A stretch of DNA of 64,000 bases from Oopsacas minuta (taxonomy: Eukaryota > Animalia > Porifera), in the NCBI GenBank assembly GCA_024704765.1, contig JAKMXF010000364.1, forward strand, positions 1 to 64,000, given 5' to 3'. Below, piece by piece: positions 50,928 through 63,169 of this stretch (position 1 is its first letter; every line of letters starts with the position of its first letter). The notes under the pieces were generated by a model that had not been told where the DNA came from, searched no databases, and was given only the letters and a program-made list of their open reading frames with translations. A program made the translations under genes and the position numbers.

Positions 50928-53184
50928 GCTTGATTAAATACTTTGCATGAACTTTTCGAATTGTTGATGGAAATCTCAGCTTGGTTGACCAAATTGGATA
51001 ATAGTTGAAAATTCTGTGATGTATATTTCACGTATAACGTATGATACAACTAAGGTGATATCACCACTTTCTTAATATCCAAAAATGTCATTCTATGCTG
51101 TTTTTATGAAATGCTTTTGAAGTACCTCAAAGTAGCCCTCATAGCGTTATATGTCATTCAGAAATTATTCAAACAGGTGTCTTCGTGAAAATGCAACTAC
51201 AAAGTATCATATTATTCTAGTTCTCAACATAATGTTGTCTTCTCTAACTCCACAGTGTCAATATTTTCTTTCTAGTTTATTTTTCTTGAGTATGAGTAGT
51301 GATATTTTGTAAATTTCAAAATCGTGTTCAATTCGCCATTATTCTAGTTTGATAGAGTCATGATGAATTGACGACATGGTAATTACGTGAGGAGATTGTA
51401 TTGCTATAATGCACAGTGGTTTAATAGGGCAGTTAGTAAAGAATAGCTATTTTGGTGTGAGATAGCCATATGAAATGTATTATTTACATATAGATTATTA
51501 TATATAAGTCACTATAATAAATTTCAAGAACGAAATTCAATACTATTTCATTCCATTGTTACAGTATGCTACAATGGGAATTTCCTAGCAACGAAAAGTT
51601 GTAATGGAATGTCATTGAAAATTATAGGTTGCGCACTGTTTCGGGTTTTGTGGTTTTAGATTACGTTTTTAGGAATCGTAATGCGTGTATCCGATTCATT
51701 TGGGCTGTTGTTTTGTGTTGTTTATTTTTCCTGACACATTAAGTATTCCTCTTTGTAAAAATTCTGTATGGATTTTACTATATTTTAGAAATCTTATGTT
51801 CACGAAATATATACAAGATACGGTCATGGAAACAAGATATTTAGAATTAGCATAGTCGAAATATATAAAGTATACCAGATTAGTAACATTCGATTATGTA
51901 ATTGCTCTTACAGGTTCATTTGAAATTGTGGCTAAATTTGGAAATCATGAAGCCGCAATTTTCCTATAAATATTTTGCATCTTTGATGAAGAAGTTTCAC
52001 AGCTTCTAGGGTCTCAATCGCTTAGATATTTTAAATGAGAATCATTTAAACAATATAAAATGAAGAAACCATCAAATATGAAATCAATTTTTTGTCTATT
52101 CTTTGCTTCTAAACCACAGTGTAATGTTGGTGGATATATTGAGAGGTACATGTGATCTCCAATGTAAATATGCTGAACAGTGGTCGTTAGTAATAGCCGA
52201 GCCTCAAAAATTGTTAATTCCTAATGCTCGGAGCTTGTTGTGTCTGCCAACCCATTCCTCTATGTAGGGGCCTCTTAAGATTCCCCTTAAGTGGTGAAAC
52301 TGCTACTGGTTCACAGATCACTTGGTTTCCCGAATAATGTCTGCGTATATAGTAGACATGCAGTTGTCAGTACTGGACAACGATTCAGATCGGTCTGTCC
52401 TGGAGCGAGAGTCTGAAACTGGACAGTGGGATTGAGCTGGAATATGTCTTTGTTTTCTAATTGTTGAATTGGATTTTAATGGGGGGTAGGTTAAGAATAT
52501 TACCGAATATTGAGATTGTCCATGATAATCCAACTCAAGAAAAAAATTATCTGATTTTGAGTTTGAAATAAAATCAGTCATTCATTTATAGTGTCAAGAT
52601 TCATGAACTCAACTAACGTATTAGGAGGGGGGCTGAACCTTCGCAACCTTTCAGCATAATCGTGATAATTTTGAATTTTCTTGCGATGGGATATTATGTA
52701 AATTTAATATCCTTCTGTGTCTCAGTGCCTGATTCTGTTAACCGTTAACCAACGCGATATCCCCTTAAATATGTAAACAATACTATTAGGATATACGATG
52801 CATTTCATGCAAAATCGAGTAGAGTTTGGCTACTATAAACTACGGATGGGGAACTTTTGAATCCCCCAAGTATATATATTTATAGGATCTAATGGATTAA
52901 TGAGAGATTAGAGTTTCATTATTTCACGTAATTGAATGTATTTCATTCCACTGTTATTCAAATTGCGTCACTTCCGCATTCTCCCCCATAGAATGTAAAT
53001 ATATGATCCACCATATAGTTAGCCATTGCTAGGCCTATGCCTATGAATAATAAACATTCTGGACTCTGGGATCATGTATGACAGCTATGAATAATGTATA
53101 AGCTGGACACAGGGGTCATTTGTGACCCCAATGGAAAATTTACATACTAAACTATGGTATCATTTGTGAATCTAATGAAAAATG

Positions 53185-56182
53185 CAAAGTGGCACGAAAT
53201 GGTCAGAGTGTGGAAATAGACATTTTGATGGCACATAGGTCCTCAAAATGTATTATTGTCATATAGGTTTTCGACTCCAACGAATCGAATGGTATACTCA
53301 TTTTTTCTCTATCCCTTCAGGTGACAAAGTTATGACATCATTGTCACCTATCTGAGGTGTGAAAATTCCCAAAATTTTCTATTAATCGATTGAGAGGTTT
53401 ACTTTTAACTTCATCATGATCTTCATGATCACGAATAAGGGTGTTCACAAAAATATCTTGGCTACTTCTAAGTCCTTGGCTAGATGGAGGCCTTGGAATA
53501 GAAAACTTGCGATTCATTAACAGCATGGGATCACTGTGAGAAATCAATCGAACAAATACATCCTTTAAATTTTCTTCAAACGAAAACTTGCGAGTAAGAC
53601 AATCTCTGCATCTCCAAATATATTTGTCAGAAGCCTCTAGTCCTTCTTCAGATAGGTTCTCTAACCCATGTTCATTATTAAACGTTGAGATGATTTCGGG
53701 TGCATGTGCTAACAGTTTGTGTAACGTCGGGGAAACATTAGCCCAAGGAAATGCACAGAGAATTGACTGGTAGATATTACTGCAAACAAGCGCTAGTTCT
53801 TCTGTATCCACTCTTCTGCTGTTATTATAGACGCGTAGGATTGCTCCTAGGCATGTGTGAATTTCAATTATGTGGGACTTGAACTCAGACGGTATCACTG
53901 TCAAAACCCGGTAGAGGAAATCTTGATCGTTGTCATCCTTTCTTATCAAGCATCGTCTTACCACATTACCAGTAGTCGTTGTGCCACCTTGTGTTGAAGG
54001 AATGTTAATGATAATATTGAGATTGTCCTTAATTAAACTTGTAACGAAAGTTTTAGCATCTGAGACTCTCTTAGAAGTTGGTGACCACTTAAATACTCCA
54101 GCGTACAAATGGCTAATTAGATGTAAAAACCAGCCAAAACATCGGAGATATGCATGCAAAGGCGAACTGGGTATGATTTCTAAGTCAGATATTGGTCTGT
54201 GTGGAACGTTGAATCTGTTGTCAGAAGATAATGATAAAACTCCTCTTCGTTAACTTCATCAAATAATACTTTGAGGTCTGTGATGGATCGATTAATTGGA
54301 AAACCGTCTTTTACGATATCCGGATCATGGATTTGTTTGAATGTCGCTGTGCAGAACTGGCAACATGCACCCCCAGCTCCACTAATAATCTTAGCCATTT
54401 TGCTATCGAATTGTGAACGTTGAATTTCAACTTCACAAAATCCACTTGTTAGTTCTAACCCCTTTTCCGTTATCTCTGTGGACTCCTTATTGATTAGTGT
54501 ATCCATAAGATATCGAATATTGTTTTCGTTCTCCTGTAGAGCTAGTATCGCAACGGGCCTAATTGAGAAAGGAGAATTTGGTAGAGGGTTTTTCGAAATC
54601 AGTTTGTTATCGATGTCGAATATGGAAATCACCTTAAACCCGAATAAAATAATACTTTTTTTTGATATATTGGAGTGAGTCGCCTGCTGATAAACTGAGT
54701 GAGAGCCAGAACCGTCAAGTCCATCTGAAATTCGTATCTTTTTAGGATTGCTGGCGCTTGGAATTTCATTGGCAAAAGCAGTCAATATTCTGTTTACTGT
54801 ATGAGTCAGAAGCGTTTTGTAAGATACAGCAATGCCTACCCGATGTTCTCTATCAACTGAAAAGATCTCATTAATCAAGCAAATTTGAGATCGATAGGTA
54901 GCTAATCGATTGTAACCTGGAAGCTGGACATCTGAAAGCAATAAACGTCTTAAATCGATGTATTTCTTCTCTCCAATTTCTAAAGAATCCATCAAGAACG
55001 CAGCTTTATCGCAGGTTAATTTATTGCAGACTGGACCGAAGCTTCCCTTAGCAATAATTTCTTCACAGAACTTGGTAGTAGTAAATTCGTATTCAGTCTG
55101 TGAGTATAGCATCATTAGGCAACAGGATGGTTCTTTACCGGAAACATTCTCTTCTACAGCAACTTTTTCAAGATGTGTTAGTAAAGAGGACAATCGGCTG
55201 CGAAGACATTTAGTTGATAATTCCCTCAGAGGATTACGGGTGGGCTTACTAAAGTCCTCTTCGAAAACAGAGGTTGATTGGCTAGAAGAAACACTCCCAA
55301 TCACCATGACTTCATCTGAGCATTGATAACCTGTACTCAATCTCGGGTGTTTAAGTGGTGTGTGAAAAGGTATCGCATTCCAAGTAGTTATATCGGCTCG
55401 TTTCAGGTATTCTCTCCTATCTTCTCTGAGGGTCGAAAATTTTCTCCGAACTGTATCATGCTCTGTTTCTTCCAAATTATTGAGGACAATAAACAAGGAC
55501 GCGAGAGAAGTGATTGTTTTGTTCCTTTGTGCAGCTAAGAACGTGTATACATCTTCGTTATTCATAATGAAAAATGTGCTAATAAACAACCACAACAATT
55601 ATTTATGATTTATATGGGGCAAAAATTAGATAATTGTGAATAAATTACATTTAAAATCGCAAAAAAAATATCGTTGACACTTCCTGACACCGTAATTTAA
55701 AGTGTATTTTGTAGAGGCCGAAAAGAGCTATTAGGAAAGTGTAATGGAAAGTTTCGCAAGTGAAGGCAAAAATAGTACTAGAGTATTAATGAAACATGTT
55801 TCTATTTATTGCACTTGTACGAACAAGCTTGTTTAAAATCAGAATAGTAAATTCCATCTGTTTCATTGGAGCCAAGATTAACGTGATTTATTATTCAGCA
55901 ATATAAGAGCTTTCGATTGGTATAATATAAATAGCAGTTATTTGAAGTGGAGAATCCAAATTATTCAAAATTACATCATGAGCGAAAATTGAAACCATAA
56001 ATCAATCTTTCGAATTTCAATTATGCTCTCATTGTAATAGACGTGGGAGCAAAATGGAAAGTCTATTGTAGAGATGTCAAATGTTTTCCGAGGTTTGTGA
56101 GGTGCTGAATTCAAATATCGACATTATAAAGCAATTTGAGGTTATAATCTTTTCACCTATTTCCACATGCCGTGCCACTGTG
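53185..56182 (-). mobile_element. Transib (RAG1-core-like) transposon, 2998 bp
   Basis: 5-bp TSD AAATG at 53180-53184 and 56183-56187. Ends CAAAGTGGCACG-(12 nt)-TGTGGAAATAG and CACAGTGGCACG-(3 nt)-TGTGGAAATAG. Confidence 0.93.
53344..55565 (-). pseudogene. Transib / RAG1-core-like transposase (~740 aa), one frameshift near 54245
   Basis: NBD-like RNPLRELSTKCLRSRL, DGLDGSGSHSVYQQ (RAG1 D600 equivalent), PNSPFSIRPVAI, FDSKMAKIISGAGGACCQFC (D708 and CxxC), SPLHAYLRCF, TTGNVVRR, PTLHKLLAH (Zn His pair), SEEGLEAS (E962), RLISHSDP. Confidence 0.93.
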
Positions 56183-56439
56183 AAATGTATATGCTGGACT
56201 ATGAAATTATTTGTGACCCCAATAGAATGTACATCCCAAATTATGGTGTCATTTATGAATCCAATGAAAAATATACGTGCCTGACTATAGAGTTATTTGT
56301 AACCCCAAAGAAAACGTAGATGCGGGACTCTGGGGTCATATATGGCTCAGAACCACATTGTTGACTCTGAAGTCATTTCGCGTGAGTTCCAAAGTGACCT
56401 CAGTTGGTTCTTTGGAGGTTTAACTTGTTACATGCAGCA

Positions 56440-57120
56440 TTACAGTGAAAAATTACAAGCTGGTGAAATTGAATGACTACACAGGTTACATGTCAGAATC
56501 ACCGATGTATGTGTGAACAGTTGACATTCGATAATTAAACTAACTACATGTGTGAAACAGAGTGAATTAATGCTGACAGGTAAAATGAATGACTATACTA
56601 GTAAATGTCAGAATCACCATGAAAATGTGCAGATAGATGAAATTTCATGAGTATACTGATTACGTGTAAGAGTATCCGAGAATAAGTGCAGACGGTTGAA
56701 ATTCAAAGAGTGTACTGGTTACATTTCATTCTCACAGCGTAAATGTGCAGACAGTTGAAAAAGTATTGAACTTGTTAAAGCACAGAATATTAGTATATTA
56801 GTGCAGACGGTGGAAAAATGAACTTTTTATCTAGTTACATTTCAGAGTATGCGTGAATTATTGCAGAGAGTGATATTGAACAATCGAACGTATTACTGAT
56901 CAGAATATCTGAGAACAATTACAAAAATTGAAATTGGTTAATTTAACTAGTTTTACCTCTGAAACACCTTGAATTAATGCAGACAGTTGAAATTGAAAGA
57001 CTACTGGTAGAATGTCAGATTCAACTTGAATATGTGCAGACAGTCATTTGGAAAATTACATTTGCTTATGGTCTGAATCACTGTGGATACGTGTAGATAA
57101 TTGAAATTTAATGATTACAC
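56440..57120 (-). repeat. ~59-bp minisatellite array (reverse orientation)
   Basis: Repeated gtgcagacagttgaaattgaatga / gtcagaatcaccg motifs, about 11 degenerate units. Confidence 0.8.
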
Positions 57121-57399
57121 AAGCCTACACTTTTTAGTTGTATCGATTTTGTCAACAAATATATACTAATTCTGTGTGCTGATTCCGATTATATAGTCAG
57201 TTTCTCCCTAATACGTCAAGTTATCCCATTATCCTATTGCTACATTTATAGAACAAAATTGGTTTCAACCCTTATATGTTAGATTGGATCAATTAAATTT
57301 CTGAATATATCAATATTTCATTAACTAAGAATAATGATATAATTGTTCCTAATATGAATGGAAGAAAGTGATACTATAAACATGTAATATGAGCACTAT

Positions 57400-57945
57400 T
57401 CAATCTAAAAATTTTCTCTTGTTTGACTTTCTTGAATGTTTTTCGTTAGGACAATCTCTTTTTAGGCACCAACAGTAATCTGCCATCATATGTGTATCCC
57501 ATCTTCCTTGATATCGCTGTTCCATCACTTTTATGTCTTGATGGGATCGTTCACCTTGTTCTTCACTCATATCACCTAGATTATCCGGAAATCTATCTAG
57601 ATGGTCTCTCAAATAATGAATTTTAATACTCATATTACAGCCAAGAGCATTATAGCTGTTGACTAACTCTGTAACTAGTTCTTTGTAGTTGAATGCCTTT
57701 TTATTACCAAGGAAATTAGAAACAACATTAGAGAAAGCCTACCACACTCTCTTCTCTTCCTCGTTCATTGAATCTTTGAAGCTGTTGTCCGTAAGTAACT
57801 TGCGAATCTGTGGACCTTCAAATATCCCTGCCTTTTTCTTCTCTTCGCTGATTTCTGGGAAATAATTTCCGATATACTTGAAACAACATCTGTCTTTATC
57901 CAGTGCTTTGATGAATTGCTACATTAAACCAAGCTCAATGTGGAC
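57400..57945 (-). pseudogene. Chapaev transposase C-terminal fragment
   Basis: VHIELGLM*QFIKALDK, KAGIFEGPQIRKLL, FLGNKK, GCNMSIKIHYLRDHLDRFPDNLGDMSEEQGERSHQDIKVMEQRYQGRWDTHMMADYCW. Confidence 0.9.
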
Positions 57946-58029
57946 AATCGGTTAATCGGGACAAAACATTGAGAACCGAGGTGTCCCGATTAAGCGGCTT
58001 CCACTGTTTGTGCATACTGTTGCAATTTA

Positions 58030-58385
58030 ATAATTCAACTTCCAACAGTTTCGAATCACCGGAAATATGTGCAGACAGTTGAAATTGAATGATTGATCTT
58101 CTTAGCGGAAAGAATCACGGTGAAATAGTCTAGATAGTATTGCTTGAGATTCTTTAATTTGTTCCATGTCAGAATCACTGCGAATGTGTGCAGACAATTG
58201 AATTTCAATATTTCAACTTGTGACATGTTTTATCCACTAAATAAGTGCAAACAGTTGGAATCGAATGATTAAAATAGTTATTGGTTAGAACCACCTTTAA
58301 TATGTACACACTGTAGAAATTGAATGATTAAACTAGTTACAGATTATGAATCAACATAAATAAGTGAAGACAGTTGAAATAGCAT
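58030..58385 (-). repeat. ~59-bp minisatellite array (reverse orientation), continuation
   Basis: gaatcaccggaaatatgtgcagacagttgaaattgaatgatt and about 5 further units. Confidence 0.8.
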
Positions 58386-58451
58386 GAATCATAGCTTACA
58401 AAATATGAAGCCTAATAGTAAAAGTACAAGGGATGCAGTATTACCTGAAAG

Positions 58452-58632
58452 CAGGGTTTCATCCAGATTCTCTGAACCATACGCCTAAAATCTTCGCCTT
58501 CATATTACGCGCGCCTAGAGTATACATTTAGTATTACGGTATGGGGTCTTTCGCTAATTTTGGCGCGTAGATTTATTTTTGCTGAAATTTATGCGCCTCT
58601 AGCCGCGTCGCATACGCCTGGATGAAACCCTG
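58452..58632. mobile_element. hAT MITE, 181 bp
   Basis: Perfect TIR CAGGGTTTCATCCAG. Perfect 8-bp TSD CCTGAAAG at 58444-58451 and 58633-58640. Confidence 0.93.
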
Positions 58633-59405
58633 CCTGAAAGCATAAATGTACATGGTTTCCTCATTGTAGAAAAGGTGCATTTTACTTCAAAAAATATTTT
58701 GCAGATTTGTAGAACATCAAATTTAACCCCAATAAATGCTGGAATTTTCAAGTAAGGGACACAGTAAGTGCCTAGTAAGCATGTATTTGGCAAAATATTT
58801 CATTCTTTGATGCCCGTAGAAAGTTAATTATTGCATTTGTCAACTCAAAGTGAATAAATGAAATGAGCCATAGATCCTTTTATACAAAATGCAAAAGTTT
58901 GTCATTCAAAGGTTGGCTAATTGTTAGTTAAGCTAGAGACCATGGATGACAATATTTATGAATATTCATTAAAACTAAATATCGGTAAAGTTATGGTAAA
59001 ATCATACTAGCCAATTTATACTCTATACCCGACTTCCTATATCCTTGTAATACATTTTGATTTGAAAAATTGAAGTGTATTGCGGAATCAGGAAAATGGC
59101 CACATATGGGCATCATGACATTGGTGCGAGATATCACATCAAAATGTATTGCAAGGCTATGGGAAGTTGGGTAAATAGTTTAAATTGACTATTCTGATTC
59201 TACGATAATCTTATGATTCTCGTGTTATAATTGAATATTAATTAAAATTCGCCATCCATGGTTTCTACCTTCACTCATCAACGCATCAACTTTTACCGAC
59301 AAATCTTTGACATTTTGTAATAAATGATCTAGAGATCATTCAATTTATTCACTTTGAGTTGATACATCCAATATTGAACGTCCTACAAGGCATCAAAGAA
59401 TAATA

Positions 59406-62400
59406 GGTACAATTGCAGAATCTTACACCCCCAACTTTTTTAATGTGGTCAAAAATCCCTATATACACCGTTCAAAAACTCGTTGAGAGAAGTTGATAGA
59501 GCTAAAGAACTCCAAAATCGGATTAAAATTGACAAAGTTACGAAAAATTTACTCCCTAAGCCAAATCCTATGGGGAAAATTGTATTGATTTACACATTAC
59601 AATTACCATAGGAATGCGCATACTGTTGATATTGCGGTTATACACGCTTGTTACTCTACTCTTTCATGTTCATTTGTTTGCCATTCAGTGTATTTCACTG
59701 CAGGTAATTCTTGTTACTTTAAAGGAAAGCTGGTTATTACATAATTCTGTCTGCATCACTAAATATACAATGCAACATTTCATTTCATATTATGCATGCA
59801 ACTAAATTGTATCCTGTATGTGAAGTCGTTCAAACATGCCATACTTGCCAACTGTTCCGTTGGTTGGCGGGACACCACGATTACTCTCCCCGAATATGTG
59901 TTGACTGCCAATGAGGCTAATGTCCAGCCAAAACTTGACATAACCCTTAATTGTCCCTCTATTTTGTAGTCTAGTCGAATACAAATATGCTGCATCCGAC
60001 GATATCCCGCTCAATTAGCCCCTTCTGTCCCGCAGATTATCTTCACTCATGTTGGCAAGTATGGGGTTGACACTTGTGCTGTAATACCCCAATAATGTTT
60101 AGCCAGTGCAGAGCAAAAGTATCAAGTTTTGGATACCTAATATAATACCGGTGGTATTTCTTGCCTGAACCAAATGTGCGGGGTCAAATGTCTATTATAG
60201 GTAAACTTGAGCAAGTATAATCAGTTTGTAACTGCAACACATTCTCATCATAACAAAGTGCTCTGGGCTGGTACGGAACCCGGTTACATTTCGTGATCTG
60301 CAGCATTAGGATATATGCGGAGAGAGATCAATACTTTCAAGCTGGAGGGGTTTGTGAATCACTTTGTTATAGCGTGAGTTTAGCCATATAATTGATGTTA
60401 GCTTATAACGGAAGTTTAAGTACAGGGCCTTATGAGGTGGTGTAACAGGTTCGGTGGTCGTTCCGAACCAATAATTAGCAGTTTATATTAATGGTGAGAT
60501 GTGATGAATGCTGCAACAGTAAGTTTGTGATTACTGCGTCCCTACAATGCTAGTATTATTAGACAGTCAACTCCTCTTAATTAGGACAAATTTAGGTAAT
60601 CGAGTGAAAATTAGTAACTCACTCAAGACGATTTTCTCTTGATTTAAGAAATTGTAATAAGCTACGTACTAGGTACTTCGCCGAATTTGGGATTAATACG
60701 GCCAAATCAAATTCTATTTACTAATTATTGTTATCGGAAGACAATATAACGATCCGAATGAGAAATTTATTTGATTATGGGATTATTTACATAAAATTTC
60801 CTTACAACCAACAATCACCTAAAATATGATAAATATGCTTGAGATTTTAACATGAGAAGTGTGGTAAAATATGTGGTTTCAGATGTAATTTCTATTGTAT
60901 AGATTTGTTGATGTGTTCATAGTTATACCAGTATCTATAACATACAAAATTTAGTATAATTGGAATGCTGTTTGTCTGGTTACTGAGTTGAACAACAAAT
61001 GGTTTAGGAAAGTGGCATGCAAACCACATGTTATTATTACCTATAATTATTGAATATATTCCAAACGATCATACAGTGCATTTCGATTAATCCTAAGTAA
61101 AGTACAAAAGGAATATCAGAGAAATATAACTAACAAATCCTAATTATTTGAGTTGTGATATTTCTATAATGGAATCCTTAATGGCAGTTGCTCCATCTTT
61201 CAACCTCTGCTGGTTCCTACAATATTTCCAGTTATTGAAGAAATGACCTTAAAACAACTTATCGTAATATCACTATTGATGAAGATACTTGTATAGCATG
61301 ACGCAAAAGTAACGAACTTTAGCTACCGGGATAATGTGCAAATGCGGTAGAATTATGAGACCCGGAACATTTTCAGGTATTGCAGATGGAAAGGGATGGA
61401 GGTGCCCGGAAAAGTAATGCAAAAAATTCGCTTCCATGAGGATTGGTTCATTCTTTGAAGGTGCTCATACCATTAACTGAGTTGGTAGAATTTCTCTATT
61501 TCTGGGCCGATAATCTGCAAACTCTGCCTTTTAACACAAGAATCTGGGGGGAGCCTACTACAACAGACTGGAAGAACTTCCTCAGAGACCTATGTGTTGA
61601 GGAATTTTTAGTCAATCCTCAACCAATTGGAGGGCCTGGGCATATTGTAGCAATAGATGAATCAAAGTTTGGACATCGAAAGTAGTCAAGAGGTCGTATG
61701 CTATCAGGTCAATGGGTATTTGGAGGGATAGATAAAGAAACAAGGGATACCTTTATGATACCTGTTCAAGACAGGTTGGCTGCAACATTAATCCCTCACA
61801 TCCAGAGATATATTCTTCCGGGCACTGCCATACTTTCTGACGAATGGGCATCGTATAATTCTATCCCCGCTGCAAGTTTTCAGCATCTCACCGTCAACCA
61901 TAGTCTCAATTTTGTTGAACCTACTACAGGTGTACATACGCAGACAGTTGAGAGTGCATGGGGTGGTGCGAGGAAACGGCTGAGGAATTGCATGACTACT
62001 AACCCCATACTGTTAGATACCCACTTATCTGAAGTTTGTTGGCAGAAGAAATATGGAAAAGCTAGTTTCTCCAACCTTATCATGGAAATAAGGAAACAAT
62101 ATCCAGTTGTCTAACTGTACCATACTTCTGCTTTGATGTATCTTTTGTAGCAGTACTTGTTATATTGTAGATTTGTAGTTAAAGTAGTGTATAAAAAGCT
62201 CAATACTAATTAGTTACTCCAAATATAACTACTACCCATAGTATCATATCCAGCCATGGGGTGTTATATATATAATATTCTGTCCACTATCATAAGTAGA
62301 AATCCATGAAAACTTTGTTCCAACGTTACTAACGCACCTGGAGAGAAGCTGGATCAATAACTGTGCGATTAAATAGTACATGAATTGTTTCTAACATTGA

Positions 62401-62901
62401 TACGAACACGAACGAACGATTAAAATTGGTTTCCAGAGGCCGGAGTAATACAAATTAAACTACCATTTTAGGAAACAGAATATACGCAAATATATGCGTC
62501 ATATCGGGAATTCTATTAACTAGGTCGAATTATCGAGGTGCCACAGTATAAAATATTAAATGCAAAGTTGCACTGTATAATATTTAGTGTTGCAGAAAGC
62601 ATTATCTTCTGACCAGCTTTCCTTTAAAGTAACAAGCGTGTATAACTGCAATATCAACCGTATGAGCATTCCTATGGTAATTGCAATGTATAAATCAATA
62701 CAATTTGACTATAGTGAGTAATACAATTTTCCCCATAGGATTTGGCTTAGGGAGTAAATTTCTCGTAACTTTGTCAATTTTAATCCGATTTTGGAGTTCT
62801 TTAGCTCTATCAACTCTTCTCAACGAGTTCTTGAACGGTGTATATAGGGATTTTTGACCACATTAAAATAGTTGGGGGGCGTAAGATTCTGCAATTGTAC
62901 C
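59406..62901 (+). mobile_element. Merlin (IS1595/IS1016-related) transposon, 3496 bp, ~340-385-bp TIRs
   Basis: GGTACAATTGCAGAATCTTAC termini. Arms 59406-59790 and ~62555-62901. Perfect 8-bp TSD GAATAATA at 59398-59405 and 62902-62909. Confidence 0.92.
61181..62114 (+). pseudogene. Merlin/ISXO2-like DDE transposase pseudogene
   Basis: CKCG...WRCP zinc ribbon, IGGPGHIVAIDESKFGHRK*SRGR, WVFGG, ILSDEWASY, VNHSLNFVEPTTGVHTQTVESAW. In-frame TAG at 61683-61685 and N-terminal frameshifts. Confidence 0.92.
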
Positions 62902-63169
62902 GAATAATATATATTTTACTAAATATATGCTTACTAGAGACATATTTGGACACATTCCTAAAGCTTTAGCATATCTTTGTCCAAAATTTGATGTCCCACA
63001 CTTATGTAATACATTTGTTCAGCCAATAATGCTTTTTTTCGGGAATAAGGAAACCATGTCTATAAATGCTTGCAGCTAAAGCAGCATCCATGGTGCCAAA
63101 ATGTCGAATTACTCTTAGGCCTAATGTTTAGTAGGCTATGTATGAATAGACTTGGTACAGCTCCCAGTC

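Larger units (their letters stand above)
53055..56370. repeat. ~40-bp degenerate tandem array (53055-53184 plus 56183-56370) split by the Transib insertion
   Basis: Units like gactatggggtcatttgtgaccccaatgaaaaatgtacat. Removing the Transib and one TSD restores catttgtgaatctaatgaaaaatgtatatgctggactatg. Confidence 0.75.
58390..63140. mobile_element. Large diverged foldback element (~500-bp arms, ~70-bp centre) interrupted by a hAT MITE and by Merlin
   Basis: Left arm 58390-59063 (minus the MITE) matches the reverse complement of 59133-59405 joined to 62910-63140, e.g. caactcaaagtgaataaat, ccatggatg, catggtttcc, ctagtaagcat. Confidence 0.75.

Noticed and set aside
52318-52581. 87-aa Ser-rich ORF beyond the Transib 3' end as a RAG2-like or accessory gene
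   Set aside because: It lies outside the TSD-defined element and has no kelch or PHD pattern and no recognisable domain.
53344-55598. A domesticated RAG1 gene / adaptive-immune recombinase
   Set aside because: It is flanked by TIRs and a TSD, frameshifted, lacks RING and RAG2 partner, and shows decay in conserved motifs. It is a Transib transposon copy.
61181-62114. Bacterial IS1595 contamination or recent bacterial transfer
   Set aside because: Long TIRs, an 8-bp TSD and nesting within eukaryotic repeats fit Merlin, the established eukaryotic relative.
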